Shown piece after piece: positions 29,379-37,553 of a stretch of DNA of 64,000 nt. Below the pieces are notes generated by a model. The model made no database searches. It was given only the letters and a program-made list of their open reading frames with translations, and had not been told where the DNA came from. The position numbers and the translations under genes are program-made. Every line of letters starts with the position of its first letter. Within the stretch, counting starts at the first letter, position 1. The DNA is from Paludibacteraceae bacterium. GTDB taxonomy: Bacteria; Bacteroidota; Bacteroidia; Bacteroidales; Paludibacteraceae. The stretch lies in assembly GCA_016283095.1 (NCBI GenBank), contig JAEEMG010000062.1, positions 4,694 through 68,693 of the forward strand, read 5' to 3'.

Positions 29379-30911
29379 ATGTTAGTAAAAACGTATGCGG
29401 CATCAATCAATGGTATTGATGCAGAGTTGATCACGATTGAGGTAAACCTCAGCAGTGGATTTAGGTTTTCTATTGTAGGATTGCCAGACAGTGCAGTGAA
29501 AGAGAGTCAGGATCGTATAACAACAGCGATAATGAACTCTGATTATCCATTCCCACGTAAACAGATAGTGATAAATCTTGCTCCTGCGTATATGCGTAAG
29601 GAGGGGACAGGTTATGATCTGACGCTTGCCGTCGGCATCCTTGCGGCATCAGATGTTATTGCATCGGAAGCGTTGGAAGGATATATTGTGATGGGAGAAT
29701 TGTCGTTGGATGGCTCTGTACGAGGAATCACGGCATCGTTGTCGATAGCCATAATGGCCAGACAACTTGGATTCAAGGGGTTCATCTTGCCGAAAGAGAA
29801 TGCGAAAGAGGCGGCTGTTGTGGGTGGACTCGATATTATTGGAGTGGAGAACCTGACCGAAGTTGTGGAGTTCCTAAATGGAAATATACACATTGAAAAA
29901 ACGGTTGTTGACACTCAGGAGTGCTTCTTCAGCAAAAGGGATATTTTTGAAAGTGATTTCAAGGAGGTATGTGGCCAGGAGACTGCTAAACGAGCGATTG
30001 AGATAGCTGTTGCAGGTGGACATAATCTAATTATGATTGGAACTCCGGGATCTGGAAAATCGATGTTGGCGAAATGTGTTCCGTCCATCATGCCAAGTTT
30101 CACTCTTGATGAAGCGTTGGAGACGACGAAGATCCATTCCGTCGCAGGACAATTACCTAAAGACACATCTCTGATGACGACGCGTCCGTTCAGAAGTCCG
30201 CACAACAATGTCTCAGGTGTAGCTTTGTTGGGTGGAGGAAGCTATCCCAAACCAGGCGAAATATCCCTCGCTCATAATGGAGTGCTATTTTTAGACGAAC
30301 TTCCGCAGTATAACCGGGCAGCGTTGGAAGAATTGCGACAACCGTTGGAAGATCATAAAATCAGTATTTCGAGAGCAAAGTTTTCTGCGGAATTCCCATC
30401 AAGTTTTATGCTTATCGCAGCGATGAACCCATGTCCGTGTGGACATTACGGAGATCCTAACCACGAGTGCACTTGCTCACAGATTGAAGTGCAGAAGTAT
30501 ATGAGCAGAATTTCAGGTCCATTGATGGACCGTATAGACCTACAGGTGAAGATTTCGCCACTTTCGCATAAGGAATTGTTAGAAAACAAAGGAGGGGAGA
30601 AGAGTGCCGACATCAGGGCGAGAGTGGAGAAGGCAAGAAAAGTGCAGCAGGAGAGATTCAAAAATGAGAAGACTATCCACTGCAACGGTCAGATGGAGAA
30701 ACGCCATTGCGATATGTATTGCAAGATTTCAACGGAAGCGGAGGAACTGCTAGAAAAAGCGATGAAGAAACTGAATTTTTCTGCCCGTGGCTATTTCAAG
30801 GTGCTCAAACTTGCCCGTACGATAGCTGATCTTGCCGATTCAGCAGAGATAGATTCGACGCATGTGAAGGAGGCATTGTCGTATAGAAGTTTGGATAGGG
30901 AGAGCTGGTGA
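29379..30911 (+). CDS. comM: YifB/ComM family Mg-chelatase-like AAA+ ATPase
   Basis: Lon-like N-terminal domain, Walker A GTPGSGKSM, Walker B LFLDEL, Cys cluster CPCGHYGDPNHECTC. Confidence 0.9.
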   Translation: MLVKTYAASINGIDAELITIEVNLSSGFRFSIVGLPDSAVKESQDRITTAIMNSDYPFPRKQIVINLAPAYMRKEGTGYDLTLAVGILAASDVIASEALEGYIVMGELSLDGSVRGITASLSIAIMARQLGFKGFILPKENAKEAAVVGGLDIIGVENLTEVVEFLNGNIHIEKTVVDTQECFFSKRDIFESDFKEVCGQETAKRAIEIAVAGGHNLIMIGTPGSGKSMLAKCVPSIMPSFTLDEALETTKIHSVAGQLPKDTSLMTTRPFRSPHNNVSGVALLGGGSYPKPGEISLAHNGVLFLDELPQYNRAALEELRQPLEDHKISISRAKFSAEFPSSFMLIAAMNPCPCGHYGDPNHECTCSQIEVQKYMSRISGPLMDRIDLQVKISPLSHKELLENKGGEKSADIRARVEKARKVQQERFKNEKTIHCNGQMEKRHCDMYCKISTEAEELLEKAMKKLNFSARGYFKVLKLARTIADLADSAEIDSTHVKEALSYRSLDRESW

Positions 30912-31363
30912 TGGAGAGAAGTATGATGTTTGAACAATTCACCATAGAGAAGATACAAACGAGTATTTATACGATCAGAGGTGAACAGGTGATGTTAGAC
31001 AGAGATTTGTCTCAACTTTATAATGTTGAGACAAAAGTGCTAAATCAAGCGGTCAAACGTAATATAGAACGTTTCCCAGAACGCTTTATGTTTCATCTTA
31101 CTCAAGAAGAATGGAGAAATTTAAAATCACAACTCGTGATTTTAAATGAAACTTTTGACTCTTTAAGGTCACAAATTGTGACCTTAAAGAATGGACAAGG
31201 ATAGCATTCCAAATATCTTCCTTACGCATTTACAGAACAGGGAGTGTCTCAGCTCAGTTCTGTACTTAAAAGTAAGACCGCTATAGAAGTAAGCATTATG
31301 ATAATGGATGCTTTTGTTGCTATGCGTAGGTTTCTTTCTGCAAATGCGATGAAACTAGAATGA
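30908..31363 (+). pseudogene. ORF6N (KilA-N-related) DNA-binding domain gene interrupted by an in-frame TAG
   Basis: ORF6N pattern IYTIRGEQVMLDRDLSQLYNVETKVLNQAVKRNIERFPERFMF up to the TAG at 31202-31204. The same frame continues [44 protein letters not shown], the normal continuation of this family, to TGA at 31361-31363. Confidence 0.7.
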
Positions 31364-31420
31364 TAATTCAGTTTGTTTGTATTATATTTGCAATATATTT
31401 AACATTAAAATGATATCACT

Positions 31421-31660
31421 ATGGAATCAACAATAAAAGTAACTACCACTTTTCGTATAGACAAAGAGTTGTTGGAGAAGATTAGAGCAAAGGCAAAGGC
31501 TGCAAATCGAAGCTTGAACAATTATGTAGAATGTTTGCTGATGGAGAAAGCTCAAGAGGAGCCAAATTCAACAACTCTAAAAGCCATGCGTGATGCCGAG
31601 AATAATGTTAATCTGGAGAAGGTGGAAAAAGCCAGTGATTTAATGAAGCTTCTGGATTGA
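31421..31660 (+). CDS. Type II antitoxin (ribbon-helix-helix, RelB/DinJ-like)
   Basis: 79 aa with an RHH-like N-terminus (TTFRIDKELLEKIRAKAKAANRSLNNYVECLL). Stop lies 1 nt before the YafQ-like toxin start. Confidence 0.7.
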   Translation: MESTIKVTTTFRIDKELLEKIRAKAKAANRSLNNYVECLLMEKAQEEPNSTTLKAMRDAENNVNLEKVEKASDLMKLLD

Positions 31661-31661
31661 A

Positions 31662-31934
31662 ATGAAAAAATTGTTTTATACAAGTCAGTTTAAGAAAGAT
31701 TTTAAGAAACTAAAAAATAATCCTGAACGTGCAGCAAAAATTGTTCAGGTTTTGGAAAAACTTCAGAATGGAGAACCTTTAGCTCCAGAATTAAGAGCTC
31801 ACGAGTTAAAAGGTAACTATAAAAATCATATGGAATGTCATGTAGAAAATGATGTCTTGTTAATATGGTTTGATAAGGAACACGATATTATTAAAGCGGT
31901 AAGAACTGGATCTCATTCTGAATTGTTTGGGTAA
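31662..31934 (+). CDS. yafQ: Type II toxin, YafQ/RelE family mRNA interferase
   Basis: FKKDFKKL, HELKGNYKNHMECHVENDVLLIW and RTGSHSELF match the YafQ family pattern. Confidence 0.85.
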   Translation: MKKLFYTSQFKKDFKKLKNNPERAAKIVQVLEKLQNGEPLAPELRAHELKGNYKNHMECHVENDVLLIWFDKEHDIIKAVRTGSHSELFG

Positions 31935-31943
31935 ACATTGAAT

Positions 31944-31977
31944 AAAAGGGCAGAGTTATTGAAACTTTGCCCTTTTT
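31944..31977. terminator. Bidirectional-looking intrinsic terminator between convergent genes
   Basis: aaaagggcagagtt-attga-aactttgcccttttt. 10-bp core stem flanked by an A tract and a T tract. Confidence 0.75.
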
Positions 31978-32043
31978 AATCTTCCTCATTATGATGCTAA
32001 TGAGTGTTTGATATTATCAAAAGGATTGTCTTTAGATGTATGT

Positions 32044-32559
32044 CTATAAAACGATAATTGAGTTTATTCGCTTGCTTAGTTTTGTCAAAATCCACTTGAA
32101 AGAAAAGTAAACAAAGCAAAGATAGAAACTGAAGACAAGAGTCCAGTTTAATTTGTTTAGCACATTTACTACAGAATTGTCATCTAATAAATCTCTATAA
32201 CTAAAAAATAATAGTTCTACAAAGCTGGAAATGCCAGACACGCATTCGAACACAACTTCTCCACCGAATGGGTCAATCGAATTGTATTTCCACATCTCAA
32301 TGGTGACGAGATTGTGCAGTATTATACATACAATCAGACTATAGATTTTCTTAAATGGAAGAATTACAGTTTGAAATAGGGCATAAATACATGTTACTAT
32401 AATACTTATGTATATCTTGTCCAAACTTATAAATTCATAGTTCAGGTTTAGATTGTCCTTAATAAAAACATGCAAGATCAATAAGAATGGAATATTCAGT
32501 AATTGCACATAAATAACCAAACTTACAAATTGAATAAGTCTTTTCTTTAACTCAATCAT
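32044..32559 (-). CDS. Hypothetical polytopic membrane protein
   Basis: 171 aa, 4-5 hydrophobic segments, very A/T-rich. No family recognised. Confidence 0.45.
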   Translation of the reverse strand: MIELKKRLIQFVSLVIYVQLLNIPFLLILHVFIKDNLNLNYEFISLDKIYISIIVTCIYALFQTVILPFKKIYSLIVCIILHNLVTIEMWKYNSIDPFGGEVVFECVSGISSFVELLFFSYRDLLDDNSVVNVLNKLNWTLVFSFYLCFVYFSFKWILTKLSKRINSIIVL

Positions 32560-32779
32560 TGCTCAAATTTTTATGTGTGATAAAGTTTTGACTAAGAAAG
32601 GAAAGTCGGTTTCTATCTCACCTTCTCTACAAATGTAGAAAAATCTACTGGATATAAAAACTATTGAAATTATGTATTGATTTTTTCACTTTGGACTTAT
32701 GATTTTTATTTGATAATAATATAACTTGCAAACAAGATTCTTTAATTCAAAGATATTTGTATTTTTGAATGCAGAAAAT

Positions 32780-33631
32780 ATGCGAATCATTATGGATAAA
32801 AAATTAAAAGTATTCCTTTCCGTTTGTTTTGGAATCAGTTTTATTGCAGGAGGTGTGTTTTATCTCCTAGGTGGTGACTTGTCGTCTGCCACGGGAATGT
32901 GTTTTGCCAGTGCATACATGTTGATCCCATTGATCTCAGTGATAATCACACAGTTGATATTTGGCGAAAAACCATTTTCTGATGTCGGTGTTAGTTTTAA
33001 GATAAACAAATGGTGGTTTGTGGCATGGCTTTTGATGCCGATCATCAATATTTTGGCGATGCTGTGCTCAACACTATTGCCTGACGTGTCGTTGGATCCG
33101 AATTCAGAACTTGTGAAAATTGCGATCGCGGATATGTCGACAAAAGGTCTTGAAGTTGATGGATGGGGATTGCTTGCCATTACTATTGTAGGTAGTTTGT
33201 TCGCTGGCCTTACTGTCAATGCATTTTTTGCTTTTGGAGAAGAGGTCGCATGGCGAGGATTCCTTCCACGAGTCATGTCTGCATGGGGATTCTGGAAGAA
33301 ATCATTAATTATAGGAGCCATATGGGGATTTTGGCACTCACCATTGATCCTTATGGGGCATAATTACCCAGATCATCCTGAAGTAGGAGTCTTTATGATG
33401 ATGTTGCTATGCATCACTATGACTCCATTGTTCCTTCATCTTCGTGAGAAGGCAGGTTCCACAATCGCTGCTGCCATTGCTCATGGCACACTCAATGGTT
33501 CTGCGGGTATTTCCGTGCTGTATCTGTCTGGTGGCAGTGACCTTTTATGTGGATCTACTGGATTTGTCGGAATAATGATTTTAGTGATTCTGGATCTGCT
33601 GATATATTTTTTGAGAAAGAGGTGTCAGTAA
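32780..33631 (+). CDS. CPBP (CAAX/Abi) family intramembrane glutamic endopeptidase
   Basis: Motifs EEVAWRGF, FWHSPL and AHGTLN in a polytopic membrane protein. ATG at 32780 lies just downstream of a TAttTTTG box at 32760-32767; the track ORF begins at TTG 32726. Confidence 0.85.
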   Translation: MRIIMDKKLKVFLSVCFGISFIAGGVFYLLGGDLSSATGMCFASAYMLIPLISVIITQLIFGEKPFSDVGVSFKINKWWFVAWLLMPIINILAMLCSTLLPDVSLDPNSELVKIAIADMSTKGLEVDGWGLLAITIVGSLFAGLTVNAFFAFGEEVAWRGFLPRVMSAWGFWKKSLIIGAIWGFWHSPLILMGHNYPDHPEVGVFMMMLLCITMTPLFLHLREKAGSTIAAAIAHGTLNGSAGISVLYLSGGSDLLCGSTGFVGIMILVILDLLIYFLRKRCQ

Positions 33632-33693
33632 TATAGTAGCAAAGAGTTCCAAAATATGTGGTCTCTTGTTATGGTTATGCCAAAATCTTTTCT

Positions 33694-33724
33694 TTTGTAT
33701 TGATGCAAAAAACAATTATCTTTG
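33694..33724 (+). promoter_or_regulatory. Bacteroidetes sigma-A type promoter (-33 TTTG, 19-nt spacer, -7 TAtcTTTG) for the lipid operon
   Basis: TTTG at 33694-33697 and TATCTTTG at 33717-33724, 20 nt upstream of the ATG at 33744. Confidence 0.6.
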
Positions 33725-33743
33725 CAAAAAAGAGTATACAAAC

Positions 33744-34397
33744 ATGGAACAAGAAAATCAAACTGTTGACGGAAGACGTGAGATAGCATCACGCAATACC
33801 GGTTGGGCGAATGCTGTTGCCCATAAACTTACAGAATGGGATGTCGCTCCAAACACTATATCATTGATGAGTATTTTCTTCTCAATGGTTGGTTGCGCAC
33901 TCCTTTTAGGAAACTATTTTTTTGATCTAAACCCCTACGTCGCCTACATCTTATTCGCAGGCTGCGTACAGTGTCGATTGCTTTGTAACCTTTTTGATGG
34001 AATGGTGGCTGTTGAGGGTGGTAAACGTTCACCAAACGGCGATCTATACAACGATATGCCTGACCGTTTTGCTGATGCTTTCTTCATCGTTCCAGTCGGC
34101 TATATCGTAGGCGGAATCGGAGTTGAACTATCATGGCTTGCTGCCCTTAATGCTGTAATGACTGCGTATTTCCGTTGGATTGGAGCATATAAAACAAAGA
34201 ATCACTATTTCAACGGACCGATGGCTAAGCAACACCGTATGGCCGTGCTTACATTCGCGTCGCTTATCGCTGCTGTATGTGTTCCTTTCGGCTACGATAA
34301 ACTGATCTATATGATCGCTTTGATTATCATGAACATCGGCTTGGTTGCTACTCTTATCAACCGTTTATACTTAATGACTCACGCTGAAAAACAATGA
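33744..34397 (+). CDS. CDP-alcohol phosphatidyltransferase family protein
   Basis: Polytopic membrane protein with a variant CDP-OH-P motif (DGMVA...G....D...DRFAD). ATG at 33744 preferred because of the promoter position. Confidence 0.75.
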   Translation: MEQENQTVDGRREIASRNTGWANAVAHKLTEWDVAPNTISLMSIFFSMVGCALLLGNYFFDLNPYVAYILFAGCVQCRLLCNLFDGMVAVEGGKRSPNGDLYNDMPDRFADAFFIVPVGYIVGGIGVELSWLAALNAVMTAYFRWIGAYKTKNHYFNGPMAKQHRMAVLTFASLIAAVCVPFGYDKLIYMIALIIMNIGLVATLINRLYLMTHAEKQ

Positions 34398-35389
34398 CAG
34401 GAGTTTTAAGATATTTGTTTCCAGAACAAAGTTCCGAGGTGATTTTTATGATTGCCATCATCCTCGGATCTCTTACTGTGGTGAGTGCGATTCTGTTTGT
34501 CATTAGAAAGGTTAAACCACAGTTGAATATCACTGAGATTATCAACCGCACAAAGTCGTGGTGGATAATGGTCGGAATATTTATATGTGCTATCTTCATC
34601 AACAACACAGTGTCGTATGTATGTTTGGCGGTTTTGTCGTTTTTTGCATTCCGTGAGTTGTATTCGGTGCTGCATTTCAGACAGTCGGACAGAAGTGCAT
34701 TGTTGGTGGCATTATTGGCTATTCCGATTCAGTATACACTTGCGTACTTCCGTTGGTATGGCGGTTACATTATCTTTATCCCGGTGATTATGTTTTTGTT
34801 ATTGCCGCCGATCATGGTCATTAAGCAAGACACTCACCGCATCACAAAGTCGATGGCGATGCTTCAGTGGTCGTTGATGCTGTCGGTGTTCGGATTGAGC
34901 CATTTGGCATTCCTGCTTTCTATGCCTGATCTTGAGGGTTTCTCTTCAGGAGGTAGAGGCTTGCTTCTGTTTTTGGTGTTCTTGACTGAAATCAACGACG
35001 TGATGCAGTTTGTCTGGGGCAAATCGTTAGGCAAGCATAAGATTCTTCCAAACGTCAGTCCAAATAAGACGTGGGAAGGCTTTATAGGTGGTGTGATAAG
35101 CACTACAATAATAGGCTATTTTATCGGTTTCCTAACCCCGCTTTCTACTCCGCAGGTTATTTTTACAAGTGCGATGATTGCAGTGCTTGGTTTTGCTGGC
35201 GACGTCGTGTTGTCTGCCGTCAAACGAGATAAAGGAATTAAGGATATGAGCGATGCCATCCCTGGACATGGAGGCATCTTTGATCGTATTGATTCATTGT
35301 CGTTTACAGCTCCTGCCTTTTTCCATCTAATGTATTTCTTGGCTTATCCTCCTTTCCAATCATTTGACGTAATATGGAAAAACCTTTGA
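34394..35389 (+). CDS. Phosphatidate cytidylyltransferase (CdsA) family protein
   Basis: NKTWEGFIGG and the CdsA signature SAVKRDKGIKDMSDAIPGHGGIFDRIDS. 4-nt overlap with the upstream gene. Confidence 0.85.
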   Translation: MTGVLRYLFPEQSSEVIFMIAIILGSLTVVSAILFVIRKVKPQLNITEIINRTKSWWIMVGIFICAIFINNTVSYVCLAVLSFFAFRELYSVLHFRQSDRSALLVALLAIPIQYTLAYFRWYGGYIIFIPVIMFLLLPPIMVIKQDTHRITKSMAMLQWSLMLSVFGLSHLAFLLSMPDLEGFSSGGRGLLLFLVFLTEINDVMQFVWGKSLGKHKILPNVSPNKTWEGFIGGVISTTIIGYFIGFLTPLSTPQVIFTSAMIAVLGFAGDVVLSAVKRDKGIKDMSDAIPGHGGIFDRIDSLSFTAPAFFHLMYFLAYPPFQSFDVIWKNL

Positions 35390-36048
35390 TAAAGTCTCTT
35401 TGTCTAAAAGTGATCTATAAATGGATTTGTAGACCTGTATTGAAATACTTTGTTGGTGTACAGTATCCAGATTGCTCATTTCTTAAGGATGAGAAGCAAT
35501 TCGTGATAATCGCAAACCACAACAGCCATCTTGACACGTTGAGCCTGTTGACATCGTTGCCTGGCGATATTTTGTGGAGAGTGCGTCCGGTGGCTGCCCA
35601 AGACTATTTTGGCAACACCAAGTTGAAGGCGATGTTGAGCAATTTCTTCATCAACACTCTGCTTATCAACCGTCGACCTAAAAAAGAGGACGGAAAGAGT
35701 AATGCTATTGAAAAAATGATGGAGGCTGTCGACGAGGGGTGTTCGCTGATCCTTTTTCCTGAAGGAAGCCGTGGTGAACCCGAGCAGATGAGCAAGATGA
35801 AGTCTGGAGTCGCACGATTGTTGTCGCAGCGACCAGGTCTGAAATATATACCAGTGTTTATGACAGGTATGGGCACGTCACTTCCGAAAGGAGGAATGGT
35901 GGTGCTTCCATACAATGCCACACTTCACTTCGGAGAACCTACACTTCCTGAGAGTGACGATTCGTATGCTATCATGGATCAGATAGAAAAGACTTTCGCT
36001 GACATGGTAGATAAGTACGGAATCAAAGAAGAAGAGGATGACGATTAA
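35374..36048 (+). CDS. Lysophospholipid (1-acyl-sn-glycerol-3-phosphate) acyltransferase family protein
   Basis: HxxxxD motif (NHNSHLD) and FPEGSRG motif. 16-nt overlap with the upstream gene. Confidence 0.85.
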   Translation: MEKPLIKSLCLKVIYKWICRPVLKYFVGVQYPDCSFLKDEKQFVIIANHNSHLDTLSLLTSLPGDILWRVRPVAAQDYFGNTKLKAMLSNFFINTLLINRRPKKEDGKSNAIEKMMEAVDEGCSLILFPEGSRGEPEQMSKMKSGVARLLSQRPGLKYIPVFMTGMGTSLPKGGMVVLPYNATLHFGEPTLPESDDSYAIMDQIEKTFADMVDKYGIKEEEDDD

Positions 36049-36161
36049 AATTCTGCTCTTTGTCGATGTTGGAGAATAAAAGATAAAGTTTTATCTTTGC
36101 AAAGAAACAATCTCAGGAGGCTGGGATTGAGGAAAACATTATAAAAAGTAATGGTACAAAA

Positions 36162-37022
36162 ATGGAAAAAGAAGAAAGAACAGAGATGCTGAATCCGTTC
36201 TGTGATGAAGGATTCAAACGGATTTTTGGAGATAAAATCCTGTTGATGGATTTTCTAAACTCATTTGTAGACGCCGGTTCTCCAATTGTGGATTTAACGT
36301 ATGAGAACAAGGAGATGGTGTCGGTGGAGAGTGATGGTCGGACAATAATCTTTGATTTGTTTTGCAAGTTGGATAATGGCAATAATGTCATAATAGAGAT
36401 GCAGAATAAAAATCAGGATTTTTTTGTAGACAGAGCGGTATTCTACCTTTCAAGAGCAATCTCAGCGCAGGGAGAAAAAGGAAGAATATGGAAATATGGG
36501 ATTAATTCAGTAATTGGAATATTCATCACTCAGTTTAGAGTGTTCGACAACGACGATGTCCTTTCTGAGATGAAACTGATTGATCCAAAGACACATAAGA
36601 TGGTTTCTGATAAGATGCATGGTTATTTTATACAGTTGCCTAAATTCAAGAAGTCAAACAACGGATGTGTGGACCATTTTGATGAGTGGATCTACAATCT
36701 GAAAAATATGGAGCGTATGGGGAATATAGAATTCAAGGATCAGGAAGTGTTTGAGAGATTATGGAATCTTTCAAACTGCTCTATGCTTTCCATAGAGGAA
36801 CGCCGCAAATACGAACGCAGCCTGAAAGCCTATCGTGATTATGTGAACCAATTGGATTTTGCAAAGGCTGAGGGAAGAGCGGAAGGTATTGCAGAGGGAA
36901 GAGCGGAAGGAAGAGCGGAAGAACGATCTTTCATGATATCAATGTTAAAGAAGAAAGGAATGAGTGATGAAGAAATCGCATATTATCTGGACATTGATAT
37001 AGAGGAAGTGAAATCTGTGTAG
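36162..37022 (+). CDS. Rpn-family recombination-promoting nuclease / putative transposase (PD-(D/E)XK)
   Basis: N-terminal FCDEGFKRIFG and IIFDLFC...VIIEMQN pattern of the Rpn/YhgA-like family. C-terminal AEGRAEGIAEGRAEGRAEE repeat typical of the family. TAtcTTTG box at 36092-36099. Confidence 0.75.
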   Translation: MEKEERTEMLNPFCDEGFKRIFGDKILLMDFLNSFVDAGSPIVDLTYENKEMVSVESDGRTIIFDLFCKLDNGNNVIIEMQNKNQDFFVDRAVFYLSRAISAQGEKGRIWKYGINSVIGIFITQFRVFDNDDVLSEMKLIDPKTHKMVSDKMHGYFIQLPKFKKSNNGCVDHFDEWIYNLKNMERMGNIEFKDQEVFERLWNLSNCSMLSIEERRKYERSLKAYRDYVNQLDFAKAEGRAEGIAEGRAEGRAEERSFMISMLKKKGMSDEEIAYYLDIDIEEVKSV

Positions 37023-37151
37023 GGGTATTTGTGAAGACGGAATTGTTTCCATTTTTTTTTATTTATGTCATTTCATGATTTTCTTCTTGTTGTTGGTCAA
37101 ATGTGAATTTGTTTGCAAAAAGACAAAAATCTTAAAACATCAATGAAATTA

Positions 37152-37182
37152 TTTGTGAAAATAAAAATATAATATATTTTTG
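37152..37182 (+). promoter_or_regulatory. Bacteroidetes-type promoter (-33 TTTG, 19-nt spacer, -7 TAttTTTG) upstream of the leader RNA and seven-gene operon
   Basis: TTTG at 37152-37155 and TATTTTTG at 37175-37182. Same spacing as the promoter at 33694-33724. Confidence 0.6.
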
Positions 37183-37189
37183 TGATGTC

Positions 37190-37484
37190 TCAAGCAGAAG
37201 CCCAATGGGTGGAGTTTGGGGTAGACATATTGAAAAGCGTTTACTTGACGCTTTGTTCTTGACGTTTCAGAATCTCGCAAATTCTAAATTCCTATCAAAA
37301 GCAAAGCAACAGTAGATGTCTATGGGTGTGTTTGTATGGCACTTGGTGCACCTCGTAAAAGGGGTGTGCTAAGTATTTATATAGGCATAGCGTGGGCTTC
37401 TGCGTTGCTCGTTCTAGATAGGAAGGCAATGCGAGAGCCTTGAAACGTGGGACGAGCGATAAGCACGATTCCCACGCTTTTTTT
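37190..37484 (+). ncRNA. Candidate structured leader / riboswitch-like RNA ending in an intrinsic terminator
   Basis: Long-range 11-bp helix 37194-37204 / 37393-37403. 8-bp helix 37221-37228 / 37316-37323. Hairpin 37234-37254. 14-bp hairpin 37341-37354 / 37361-37374 with four G-U pairs (plus-strand specific). Terminator stem 37446-37452 / 37470-37476 followed by T7. No convincing ORF. Confidence 0.5.
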
Positions 37485-37553
37485 GTGTCTGGGAGGAAAA
37501 AAGGAAATTTAATATTTGAGTTCGCTATTGGGGGTTGTGGCGATGGTTTTGTT

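Noticed and set aside
36860-36930. Reiterated gagggaagagcggaagg units
   Set aside because: They encode the AEGRAEG repeat that is a normal C-terminal feature of Rpn-family proteins. They are not an independent repeat element.
37190-37484. The leader RNA as a known housekeeping RNA (tmRNA, RNase P RNA, 6S, SRP RNA) or a known riboswitch
   Set aside because: It lacks a GGGG...CCA acceptor-like end and tag ORF (tmRNA), the GAGGAAAGTCC/ACAGAA boxes (RNase P), the SRP GGAA/AGCA domain-IV motif and a B12 box or other riboswitch core that I can recognise. This needs an Infernal search to be definitive.
37440-37553. Upstream in-frame extension of operon gene 1 (track start at 37440)
   Set aside because: The extension would be translated through the terminator hairpin and T7 tract, and it lacks signal-peptide character. 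The ATG at 37554 gives a canonical lipoprotein signal peptide.
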